DNA of 57,530 bases, from contig PRDI01000064.1 of NCBI GenBank assembly GCA_003345595.1, positions 1-57,530 on the forward strand. Reading direction: 5' to 3'. Positions 48,169 through 55,790 of this stretch are shown one piece after another. This stretch comes from Candidatus Thorarchaeota archaeon. GTDB taxonomy: Archaea > Asgardarchaeota > Thorarchaeia > Thorarchaeales > Thorarchaeaceae. The notes under the pieces are model-generated. The model was not told the DNA's origin, did no database searches, and saw only the letters and a program-made list of their open reading frames with translations. The number at the start of each line of letters is the position of its first letter. The stretch's first letter is position 1. The position numbers and the translations under genes were made by a program.

Positions 48169-51060
48169 ATGGACATCAGTAAGAGAATCGTTATCACGTT
48201 CGTGACAGTCGCGTTGATTCCAATTCTGGTCATGTCTGGGCTCGCAGCATACACCATATACAACGTATCGAGCGAGAACGCCAGTGATGCTGGTGACGCT
48301 CTGGAAGCCGAAGAGAAGGCCAACCTGGAAAGACTGGCCAATGACACAGCACTGTTCATAGAGGAGAGTATGCAGAGCTATATTGACGGCGTCTACATTA
48401 TGGAGAAATACTGCGAGGACCTCTTTAATGGACGCATCAACGCCAGTCCACAGGAGTCCTACTACTGGGATTATCTGCTTGAACTGTCGGTCAATGGCCG
48501 TAACATACCGGGTAGGCACTATGATCCGGCATACGAGTATGTGCTGGACAATGGCACAATAATGAGTCCGGGTTATGTTTCGTTTGACGTCAGCTGCTAC
48601 TACATGCCACGTCCGTTTTTCCCAAATCCGGCTGACCCATTTGACCTTGATCCGGTGACAGAGTACTATCTCAACGTGTCGAGCAACATGGACAACATTT
48701 TCAGGGCACTCCATCAAATGAATGGTGACTACATCTGGTTGTACATTGGGATCGACCCTGGCGTGTGCGGTGCCCATCTCTTCAAGAACTATCCTCATGA
48801 CACGTTGCAGTACTTCATGCTTGATGAAGCAGGCAATCCTATCCCTCCTGAACAGGACTATGACCCACCTGAGGAAGAGTGGTACGATAACGCTGCGGCT
48901 GTTAGCATTGCTAATTCGAGCATGGCATTCACTGGTCCCTACGGCGATCCATCGACGGGTCTGGTGATATCCATGGGAAGGCCAGTGTACTACGACAATG
49001 GCACTCTCATAGGTGTCGTTTCTGCTGACGTCACGTTGGACACCGTCTTGGCAAGTGTTCTAGACATCCGGGTGCTAGAGAGTGGTTACGCATATCTACT
49101 CCGGTCTGATGGTGGCGTCATTGCGCACCCCGATTTCGCCCTTGAGGGACAGACCATATACGATCTTGAGTTTGCAGCGGATTCCCTTTCTGAGAAGGAA
49201 GCGTTCGCCATTATCCTTGATACCGTTCTTGACACTGGTTATGGTCAGAACACATTTACGAAGAATGCAACGCAATGGCTGGTGACTTTCAAGCAGGTGC
49301 CGAATTCTGGCTTCCTTTTGGCTGTGGTCGTTCCCAAGTCCGAGGTGATTGCCCCGGCACAAGACGTTCTGTCACTGGTCCTGACTCAGACAACCTACCT
49401 GACACTAGTGCTTGGCGGCGTGCTGGCTGTTGTTGCCGTCATGGTCGGTGTTGTATCATACAAGCGAGGACGCTCAGTGACAGAGCCCATCAAGGAGATG
49501 ACGCGCCTCGTCGAGAAGATGGCGAAGCAGGACTTCACGAGAAGCATCACTACCACAGGCTCAATGTACGAAGAGATTGGCACAACGGTAGATGCGCTCC
49601 TCAGCTTTCAGGAGGCGTGTAGATTCGGTAATCAAGCTTTCATTAGAGGTGACTTGAGCCGCGCGCTTGCGAACTATCAGAACCTTCTCGAAATCAGCAA
49701 ACGGCTTCATATCGAAGTCGGCGAACAGACCATGTATCTGAACATAGGCAACGTCTTCCGACAACGAGCTGACATCAACAGTGCCCAGGAGTACTATGAC
49801 AGAGCGCTCTCAATTGCCAATACACTGCTTGAGAGGGCAAAGGCAGATGGGACAGATGAAGCGGATGCCATGGATAGGATTGCCTCTGTTTATCACAACA
49901 TGGCCCTGCTGGAAACGGACCGCGGAGAGTACGACAAAGCGATGTCTAGACTCGAGGACGCAGAGGCTGTCGATAAGACCCTTGATAACAAGCGCGGCTT
50001 GGCAAGGCGTTATGATGCAATGGGCCTAGTGATGATGAAGCAAGGACGCTACAGCCAGGCGAGATCACGTTTCGACGATGCAAGGAAGCTCGCTTCAGCC
50101 GAAGGATATGACAGAGCTTTGGCTTACATCGGTTTTCACATGGGCGAATTTCATGTGAGTCAATCCGACCTGAACAAGGCGAAGGCTTCATTCCTGCAGG
50201 CAATCGAACTGGCAGAAAGGACGGAGGAGTTCTGGCTACAGGTGTATTCCATGCAACAACTGGCAGACGTGTATGACCAGCTGGATGAACCCAGTCACGA
50301 CATCCGGAGGAATGCTGAGAAGCTCAGAAGATCCATCCAGTTCAAGAAGAGTGTAGTCTTCGTCATCGACTACTCTGGCAGCATGCGCACCCAAGACAGG
50401 ATAAAGGCGGCAGTAGAAGGAGCAAGGGCGATATTCGAGAGTCAGATCAATCCACAGGACGAGGTAAGCATTATCACATTCAACATAGCCCTCCAACAGG
50501 TACTTCCCCTGACCAAGAAAGGAGAATACCGAGATCTGAAAGAAAGCCCAGTCCATCGTGCTCTCGATTCAATCAGATACCCCAACTACTCGACGGCATT
50601 CTACGACGCACTCGGAAAAGCTCTTGAGGATCTCAATAAGATTGAATCGAGCGAACATAGGTGGATTATTGCCCTGAGCGATGGGCAGGATAATAGCTCC
50701 AAGACATATTCTCTGGACGCTCTGAAGGGCATAGTCACAGAGAAGGACAGACAAAGCAAGAAGAGGCCTCTTACCATCGAAGGTTTCATACGAGACAATC
50801 ACCTTGATGTGAATCTCATTATCATCGGGGTAGGAGAGGAGCTGAAGAAGGAGATTGACAAGGACGTTCGTTCTCGTGTGTCTGGCAAACGAATGGACTT
50901 CGAAGAACTGCTAAGGTCTGTCTGCGAGTCGATTCCTCAGGGACAATACCTCTCCGTAGTCGACAGCCATGACGTTCAGCTGGACATTGAGAAGGCATTC
51001 AAGCAGATCGGGGTCCTGATGGCCCAACTAGAAGTGGGAGGAGCAACTGATGATTACTAG
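48169..51060 (+). CDS. Membrane sensor: TM, extracellular dCache-like domain, TM, short HAMP-like linker, TPR repeats, C-terminal vWA domain
   Basis: TM1 (IVITFVTVALIPILVMSGLAAYTIY). An about 370-aa extracytoplasmic region with Cache hallmarks (YIWLYIG, GYAYLLRSDGGVIAHPDF) follows. TM2 (LVLGGVLAVVAVMVGVV), then TPR-like helical pairs (AL..Y...L.I), then a vWA domain with MIDAS DYSGSM plus SDGQDNSS. Confidence 0.72.
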   Translation: MDISKRIVITFVTVALIPILVMSGLAAYTIYNVSSENASDAGDALEAEEKANLERLANDTALFIEESMQSYIDGVYIMEKYCEDLFNGRINASPQESYYWDYLLELSVNGRNIPGRHYDPAYEYVLDNGTIMSPGYVSFDVSCYYMPRPFFPNPADPFDLDPVTEYYLNVSSNMDNIFRALHQMNGDYIWLYIGIDPGVCGAHLFKNYPHDTLQYFMLDEAGNPIPPEQDYDPPEEEWYDNAAAVSIANSSMAFTGPYGDPSTGLVISMGRPVYYDNGTLIGVVSADVTLDTVLASVLDIRVLESGYAYLLRSDGGVIAHPDFALEGQTIYDLEFAADSLSEKEAFAIILDTVLDTGYGQNTFTKNATQWLVTFKQVPNSGFLLAVVVPKSEVIAPAQDVLSLVLTQTTYLTLVLGGVLAVVAVMVGVVSYKRGRSVTEPIKEMTRLVEKMAKQDFTRSITTTGSMYEEIGTTVDALLSFQEACRFGNQAFIRGDLSRALANYQNLLEISKRLHIEVGEQTMYLNIGNVFRQRADINSAQEYYDRALSIANTLLERAKADGTDEADAMDRIASVYHNMALLETDRGEYDKAMSRLEDAEAVDKTLDNKRGLARRYDAMGLVMMKQGRYSQARSRFDDARKLASAEGYDRALAYIGFHMGEFHVSQSDLNKAKASFLQAIELAERTEEFWLQVYSMQQLADVYDQLDEPSHDIRRNAEKLRRSIQFKKSVVFVIDYSGSMRTQDRIKAAVEGARAIFESQINPQDEVSIITFNIALQQVLPLTKKGEYRDLKESPVHRALDSIRYPNYSTAFYDALGKALEDLNKIESSEHRWIIALSDGQDNSSKTYSLDALKGIVTEKDRQSKKRPLTIEGFIRDNHLDVNLIIIGVGEELKKEIDKDVRSRVSGKRMDFEELLRSVCESIPQGQYLSVVDSHDVQLDIEKAFKQIGVLMAQLEVGGATDDY

Positions 51061-51074
51061 GAGGCGGGAGTGAA

Positions 51075-52538
51075 ATGTCGATCACACGCAAGAAAGGCAG
51101 TTTCCGAAGAAACGTAATTGTGACTTTCATGTTGATCTCAGTCCTCTCTCTGGCGGCCACAGGCGCAGTCGCGCTGACCTTCATGAATCTTATTGGTGGG
51201 TTGACCACCGACGAGAGCTCCCAGGCGCTTGAAACCCAGATTGAAACAAACATCGAGCTGACTGCTGAGAACAATGCTCAGGTCATCAGACAGAAGCTTT
51301 CCAACGCAGAGGCAATGGTCAGTGCCATGGCTGAGGAGTGTGAAGCCCTGTTCAAAGATACGTCAACATACCAGCCAAGAAATGTGTACTATGACTACTT
51401 CTATGAGTATCCCTCGCCCGGCCTCTATCCATCGGACACACACTTCGAGGCAGGATATGGCATCAATGTGTCCTGGAACTATAGCAGCTGGTACATCCCC
51501 GGTTCCTACTCTGGCAACTATGAAACATACAAGACAGCGAATGCTGAGAGGCTTGGCAGAGCATCGAATCTTGACATCATTTTCAAGGGCGTTCACGATA
51601 GGGCCTCTGAGTTCAGGTGGTTGTATTTGGCGTTTGAAGACGACCTCTTCATCAACTACCCCGGTAGCATTGTGGGCGGAACGGATACGGAGAGGAACAA
51701 TCCACTAACACAGTGGCATTGCAGTGAAGATGACTGGTATCAGACCCTCCGGGCAGGCAACGGAAACATGTTGTTCGTTGAACCGTACTACGACCCCATC
51801 GAGGGAGTTCTTCTGATATCGATGGGTAGAGCAGTCTATGACGGGGACGGGTTCTTGATGGGCGTGATAGCTGGCGACATCACTGTGGAAGACATCAGGA
51901 CAAAGATACTGGACGTACAGGTCCTCGAAACCGGTTATGCAGCTCTCTTAACCGCTGGTGGCGACATCGTGGCACATCCCGAAGTCGAAGATGAGGATTA
52001 CGCATTGTATGGTGGAAACCTGCCTCCGTTGACAGATTTCGAAGTGAACATCCCCGGCAACACTCCTGCTTTGACGACTGCACAGATGGCACAAATCACG
52101 TCAGGGACAACAGGTACAACGGAATACCGGCGGAGCGGGATTGATCTTCTTTTGGCCTACACCCCAGTCGGCGTGGGAGGATACATCTGCATCATAGTAG
52201 TGCCCATTGAAGAGGCCAAAGCCGCAATCCCGGTGCTCGAAAGCAGGATTCAGACCGCAAACATCCAAGCGATTCTATTCATGGGGACGATTACGGTCGT
52301 GGGGATTGTTGTTGCAGGTTTTGTTGCAGGCGGCATATCAAGTCAGGTCACGAAGCCCCTACAGTACCTGATGGGTCTCGCTACGAAGAATGTCACAGCG
52401 ATGATAAAGCAAGAACGACTCGACACGCAGGATCTACAGGTCGACAGACAGTTCATAGCGAAGGATGACGAGATCGGCGAACTGGCCAGAGCCTTTCAAG
52501 GTATGCTTGACACGATGCGAGAAGACGAGAAGCAGTAG
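51075..52538 (+). CDS. Membrane sensor paralogue: TM, dCache-like domain, TM, HAMP, with no recognisable output domain
   Basis: Same Cache hallmarks as the upstream gene (FRWLYLAF, GYAALLTAGGDIVAHPEV). TM2 is followed by a HAMP-like amphipathic segment ending EIGELARAFQGMLDTMRE. It starts 15 nt after the upstream gene. Confidence 0.72.
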   Translation: MSITRKKGSFRRNVIVTFMLISVLSLAATGAVALTFMNLIGGLTTDESSQALETQIETNIELTAENNAQVIRQKLSNAEAMVSAMAEECEALFKDTSTYQPRNVYYDYFYEYPSPGLYPSDTHFEAGYGINVSWNYSSWYIPGSYSGNYETYKTANAERLGRASNLDIIFKGVHDRASEFRWLYLAFEDDLFINYPGSIVGGTDTERNNPLTQWHCSEDDWYQTLRAGNGNMLFVEPYYDPIEGVLLISMGRAVYDGDGFLMGVIAGDITVEDIRTKILDVQVLETGYAALLTAGGDIVAHPEVEDEDYALYGGNLPPLTDFEVNIPGNTPALTTAQMAQITSGTTGTTEYRRSGIDLLLAYTPVGVGGYICIIVVPIEEAKAAIPVLESRIQTANIQAILFMGTITVVGIVVAGFVAGGISSQVTKPLQYLMGLATKNVTAMIKQERLDTQDLQVDRQFIAKDDEIGELARAFQGMLDTMREDEKQ

Positions 52539-52615
52539 GTTCTATACAACTGCAGGAAGTGATGTAGCTGGCTACTGGTGATTGGTCACTCGAGAAGTCA
52601 AGGCTCATCTATGGT

Positions 52616-54409
52616 GTGGCTAGAAACGACCTGCACTTTCTGGACATAGCCAACAATGGAGACCTCGTACTACGGCTAAGAGGCCAGACCATTACATTCG
52701 ACGAGATTACGAAGAGGGTCAAGGTCGAATATAGCAAAAGAGAGGACTACACATCATCATTTACTCTCCGCATCCCGCAGCTGATTCAGCATCAGGTACT
52801 GAAGCTGAGAGCCGCGTTTGCCAATGCGATGCGAAATCTGGACTACCAAGGAGCCTTCAGGGGCGTCTATCCTGTGAAGGTCAACCAACGAGCCGATAGC
52901 ATAGTCCCTATCCTGGACGTGGATTCAGAATATGGACTCGAAGTCGGGACCAAAGCAGAGCTGCTTCTTGTGAAAAAACTGACGGCCAATCAGAAGCATA
53001 GACTGATCATATGTAACGGTGCGAAGGACCCTGAGTATCTGGACATGATAAGTCGATATTCTGAGGAGGGATACGATCTTCACACCTCGGTAGAGTCCAG
53101 CCATGAGGCCAGACTGATAACCGGTTTGTTCGAACCAGAAAGGACGAACCTGATTCTTCGATTGAAACCCTACGTGACAGCTCGTGGTCGGTGGTCACAT
53201 TCAGCGGGCAGGGAATCGAAGTTCGGCTTGAGCATTCATGACCTATTCGATGTCATTGAGCTGCTCAAGGAACAGGGCTTCCGGGACACCGTAAGAACAG
53301 TGCTTGGACACATAGGGTCACAGGTGGCAGCTATTGAGGACTTCCGTCCGTTCGCTGCTTACCTAGCTCATGCGTTTTGTGAAATCAGACGTGTTGGCCT
53401 TAGGAATCTGAAGACCATCGACTTTGGTGGGGGGCTGCCGACTGACTACACAAGTTCGTATCCCTCAGATCTTATGGATCAGTATGCGTCCATGATCATC
53501 CAGGGTGTCAAGGATGAGATCGGCGTCCACTCTCGAGGCGGGGTCACACCAGACATCATGGTAGAATCGGGACGGAGTCTTACGGCACCTGGGTCGTTGA
53601 TTGTTGTTAAGGCAACAGAGGTCCGTTCGCTCTTTCCAACAGATGTGGAACTTGCGGAAGAGGATGTCCGCGAGAGAAACACATGGAGCGTTCGGATCAG
53701 GAACTCAACATCGGTCACAGAGCTTGTAGAAATCTGGAATGAATTCTTGGCATCAAAAGCGGCACTACCGAAACTCTTGGACGAGCTTCGTGCACGGGAG
53801 AGGCTAATAGGTGACCTGAGGTCCGAACTCCGTCAGCAGCTCGCACGCCTTGTCGCGAGGACGATGAGGGCAGATAGCTTTTTGGAGACCATCTGGAGTC
53901 CGGACTATATCGTGATCGGGAATTTCAGTGTGTTCAACTGCGCTGCCGACCACGTCCTTGCGAACCAGTACTTTCCCGTTTTGCCAATAAGGGACTTGCA
54001 TGTCAGGCCTGAAACCACAGTTCGATTGGTTGACATCACGTGTGACTCTGATGGAGAGATATCTGAGTTCCAGAGAAAGGGCGTCGATGAGATGTGGTTG
54101 ACCAGAGACTACAGGCCCGTTGCTATGCCTACGCAAGAGATTGGGATAGGCATACCTGTCGGATACATCAAGAACGTGGAGGAATCGTACTTCGTCATAG
54201 CCCTGACGGGGGCCTATCAAGACGTCATTGAGATGGATCACAATCTGCTTGGCGATTTGCCAGACGTCATCATTCATCTGACAGATGATGACAAGTGGTG
54301 CATTACTTGGGCCACGGGGGCTGAGTCAATGGCGAAGATACTGGAGCGCATAGGGTACAGCGAAATGGGCGACCGTAAGGACCCATACATGTCAGACCGG
54401 AAGCAGTAG
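52616..54409 (+). CDS. speA: Biosynthetic arginine decarboxylase (SpeA; PLP-dependent fold-III decarboxylase)
   Basis: N-terminal block IPQLIQHQVLKLRAAF...GVYPVKVNQ matches the SpeA FPQILQHRLR...YPIKVNQ region. Glycine-rich DFGGGLP also present. Length is 597 aa. Confidence 0.82.
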   Translation: MARNDLHFLDIANNGDLVLRLRGQTITFDEITKRVKVEYSKREDYTSSFTLRIPQLIQHQVLKLRAAFANAMRNLDYQGAFRGVYPVKVNQRADSIVPILDVDSEYGLEVGTKAELLLVKKLTANQKHRLIICNGAKDPEYLDMISRYSEEGYDLHTSVESSHEARLITGLFEPERTNLILRLKPYVTARGRWSHSAGRESKFGLSIHDLFDVIELLKEQGFRDTVRTVLGHIGSQVAAIEDFRPFAAYLAHAFCEIRRVGLRNLKTIDFGGGLPTDYTSSYPSDLMDQYASMIIQGVKDEIGVHSRGGVTPDIMVESGRSLTAPGSLIVVKATEVRSLFPTDVELAEEDVRERNTWSVRIRNSTSVTELVEIWNEFLASKAALPKLLDELRARERLIGDLRSELRQQLARLVARTMRADSFLETIWSPDYIVIGNFSVFNCAADHVLANQYFPVLPIRDLHVRPETTVRLVDITCDSDGEISEFQRKGVDEMWLTRDYRPVAMPTQEIGIGIPVGYIKNVEESYFVIALTGAYQDVIEMDHNLLGDLPDVIIHLTDDDKWCITWATGAESMAKILERIGYSEMGDRKDPYMSDRKQ

Positions 54410-54521
54410 TCTAGTTGGGTATAGGAGAACGGAAGCTTGCATCAGGACGTTTCAAGTGAAGGTGTGCGAAAGTCAGGCTAGGTTCCGCAAACTCAGCACC
54501 ACTGATTCTCTGTCCATTCGC

Positions 54522-54761
54522 TCACTTCAAACGCTTGACTAGCCAAACTATCTTGGTTCCGTCTTCCTTCATCTCAAGAATCTGATTGCCTGTGCGCTCG
54601 GCCCAAGCTGGAAAGTCCTTCTTGGTCCCGATGTCTGTCGCGATGACCTTGATCACCTCTCCAACCTTGATCTGATTCACCAACTTCTTCATCTCAAGAA
54701 CAGGCATGGGGCATCTCATCCCACTGGCATCCAATGTCTTGACCACAACGGTATCTGTCAT
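54522..54761 (-). CDS. tusA: TusA/SirA-family sulfur-carrier protein
   Basis: LDASGMRCPMPVLEMKK carries the CPxP active-site motif in a 79-aa two-layered alpha/beta protein. Confidence 0.85.
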   Translation of the reverse strand: MTDTVVVKTLDASGMRCPMPVLEMKKLVNQIKVGEVIKVIATDIGTKKDFPAWAERTGNQILEMKEDGTKIVWLVKRLK

Positions 54762-54895
54762 GCTAGGTTCCTCACTTCCGGCCGGGACTCCTAGGTTTTA
54801 TGCATTACCATAGGTTCTCACGACGCACAATTGCATCCATTTCGACATGCTTATCTAAAGAGTTCAGGGCCGATTTCATTAACAGGTGATTAACT

Positions 54896-55291
54896 ATGGC
54901 TTTGCTGCAACTGTTTCTGCTCGTCCTGTTCGGCCTTGGCATGAGCACCATGTTCTCGGGATTCATGCTGGCAAGACGGATGGGCATGTACCTGATGACG
55001 CAGGTCATGACATTGATGTTGGCGATGTTCGTGGGGCTAGGCGCACTCGTTGTGGGGCTCTTCCTGCCGCCGACAGTGCCAGCAATGTTCGATCTGTTGC
55101 ACATCCTGCTCCTAGTTGAGCTAGTGCTGATCCTTCTGGCTACGTTGATGGAGTTTGGCCAAGCGCTGCCAATCCTCCTGAAGACCATGCAGGGCGGGCC
55201 TATTCACAGTGCCCACATTACAAACTTGATTGTGACTCTGTTCTTCACTCTAGGGCTAGTCCTGTACTACACGGAAATCGCAGTGATCTAA
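54896..55291 (+). CDS. Small polytopic membrane protein (131 aa, four predicted TM helices) of unknown function
   Basis: Strongly hydrophobic helical ORF between the tusA and dsrE-like genes. The competing minus-strand ORF 54805..55188 is non-protein-like. Confidence 0.4.
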   Translation: MALLQLFLLVLFGLGMSTMFSGFMLARRMGMYLMTQVMTLMLAMFVGLGALVVGLFLPPTVPAMFDLLHILLLVELVLILLATLMEFGQALPILLKTMQGGPIHSAHITNLIVTLFFTLGLVLYYTEIAVI

Positions 55292-55309
55292 AGTTGGGGT
55301 GATCGAGAA

Positions 55310-55672
55310 ATGGCAAGTATATACATCGTTGGGCAATGGGGACCTGAAGCCGCAGAGCGTTGCTATGGACCTTTTGTCACTGCAACAACTGCACAGGCTC
55401 AGGATGTCGAGGCTAAGATCTTTCTCATGATGGATGCCGTCTATCTGATGAAGAAGGGCATTGCTGAGAAGATAAAGGCACCAGGGTTTCCACCACTGCC
55501 CGATCTCATTGACTCGTTCCTGGACGCGGGTGGAAAGATAGAGATCTGTTCCAACTCAGCCAACTTCAGGGGTCTAACCGAGAAGGACTTCAGGGACAAG
55601 AGGATTCAGATTGCCGGTGCTGCCGCCATGATCAATGACGTGCTGAAACACGACAAAGTGATGTTCTTCTAG
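55310..55672 (+). CDS. DsrE/DsrF/YchN-like sulfur-relay protein
   Basis: A 120-aa Rossmann-like pattern with a conserved Cys in the KIEICSNSANFRGL segment. It starts 19 nt after the upstream membrane ORF. Confidence 0.65.
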   Translation: MASIYIVGQWGPEAAERCYGPFVTATTAQAQDVEAKIFLMMDAVYLMKKGIAEKIKAPGFPPLPDLIDSFLDAGGKIEICSNSANFRGLTEKDFRDKRIQIAGAAAMINDVLKHDKVMFF

Positions 55673-55790
55673 TGTCAAACCAACAGGTGAGCAGGATTTC
55701 TCCTTTGGATTCTGCATGGACTGGAATCTGAATGGGTTCCAGTCCCTCTCGTTTTTTTCGCTCTATCTGATAGGCAACTATCGTCATTGA

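Noticed and set aside
54805-55188. 127-aa minus-strand ORF
   Set aside because: Competes with a plus-strand ORF that has regular TM helices and fits the tusA/dsrE gene spacing. The minus product is low-complexity.
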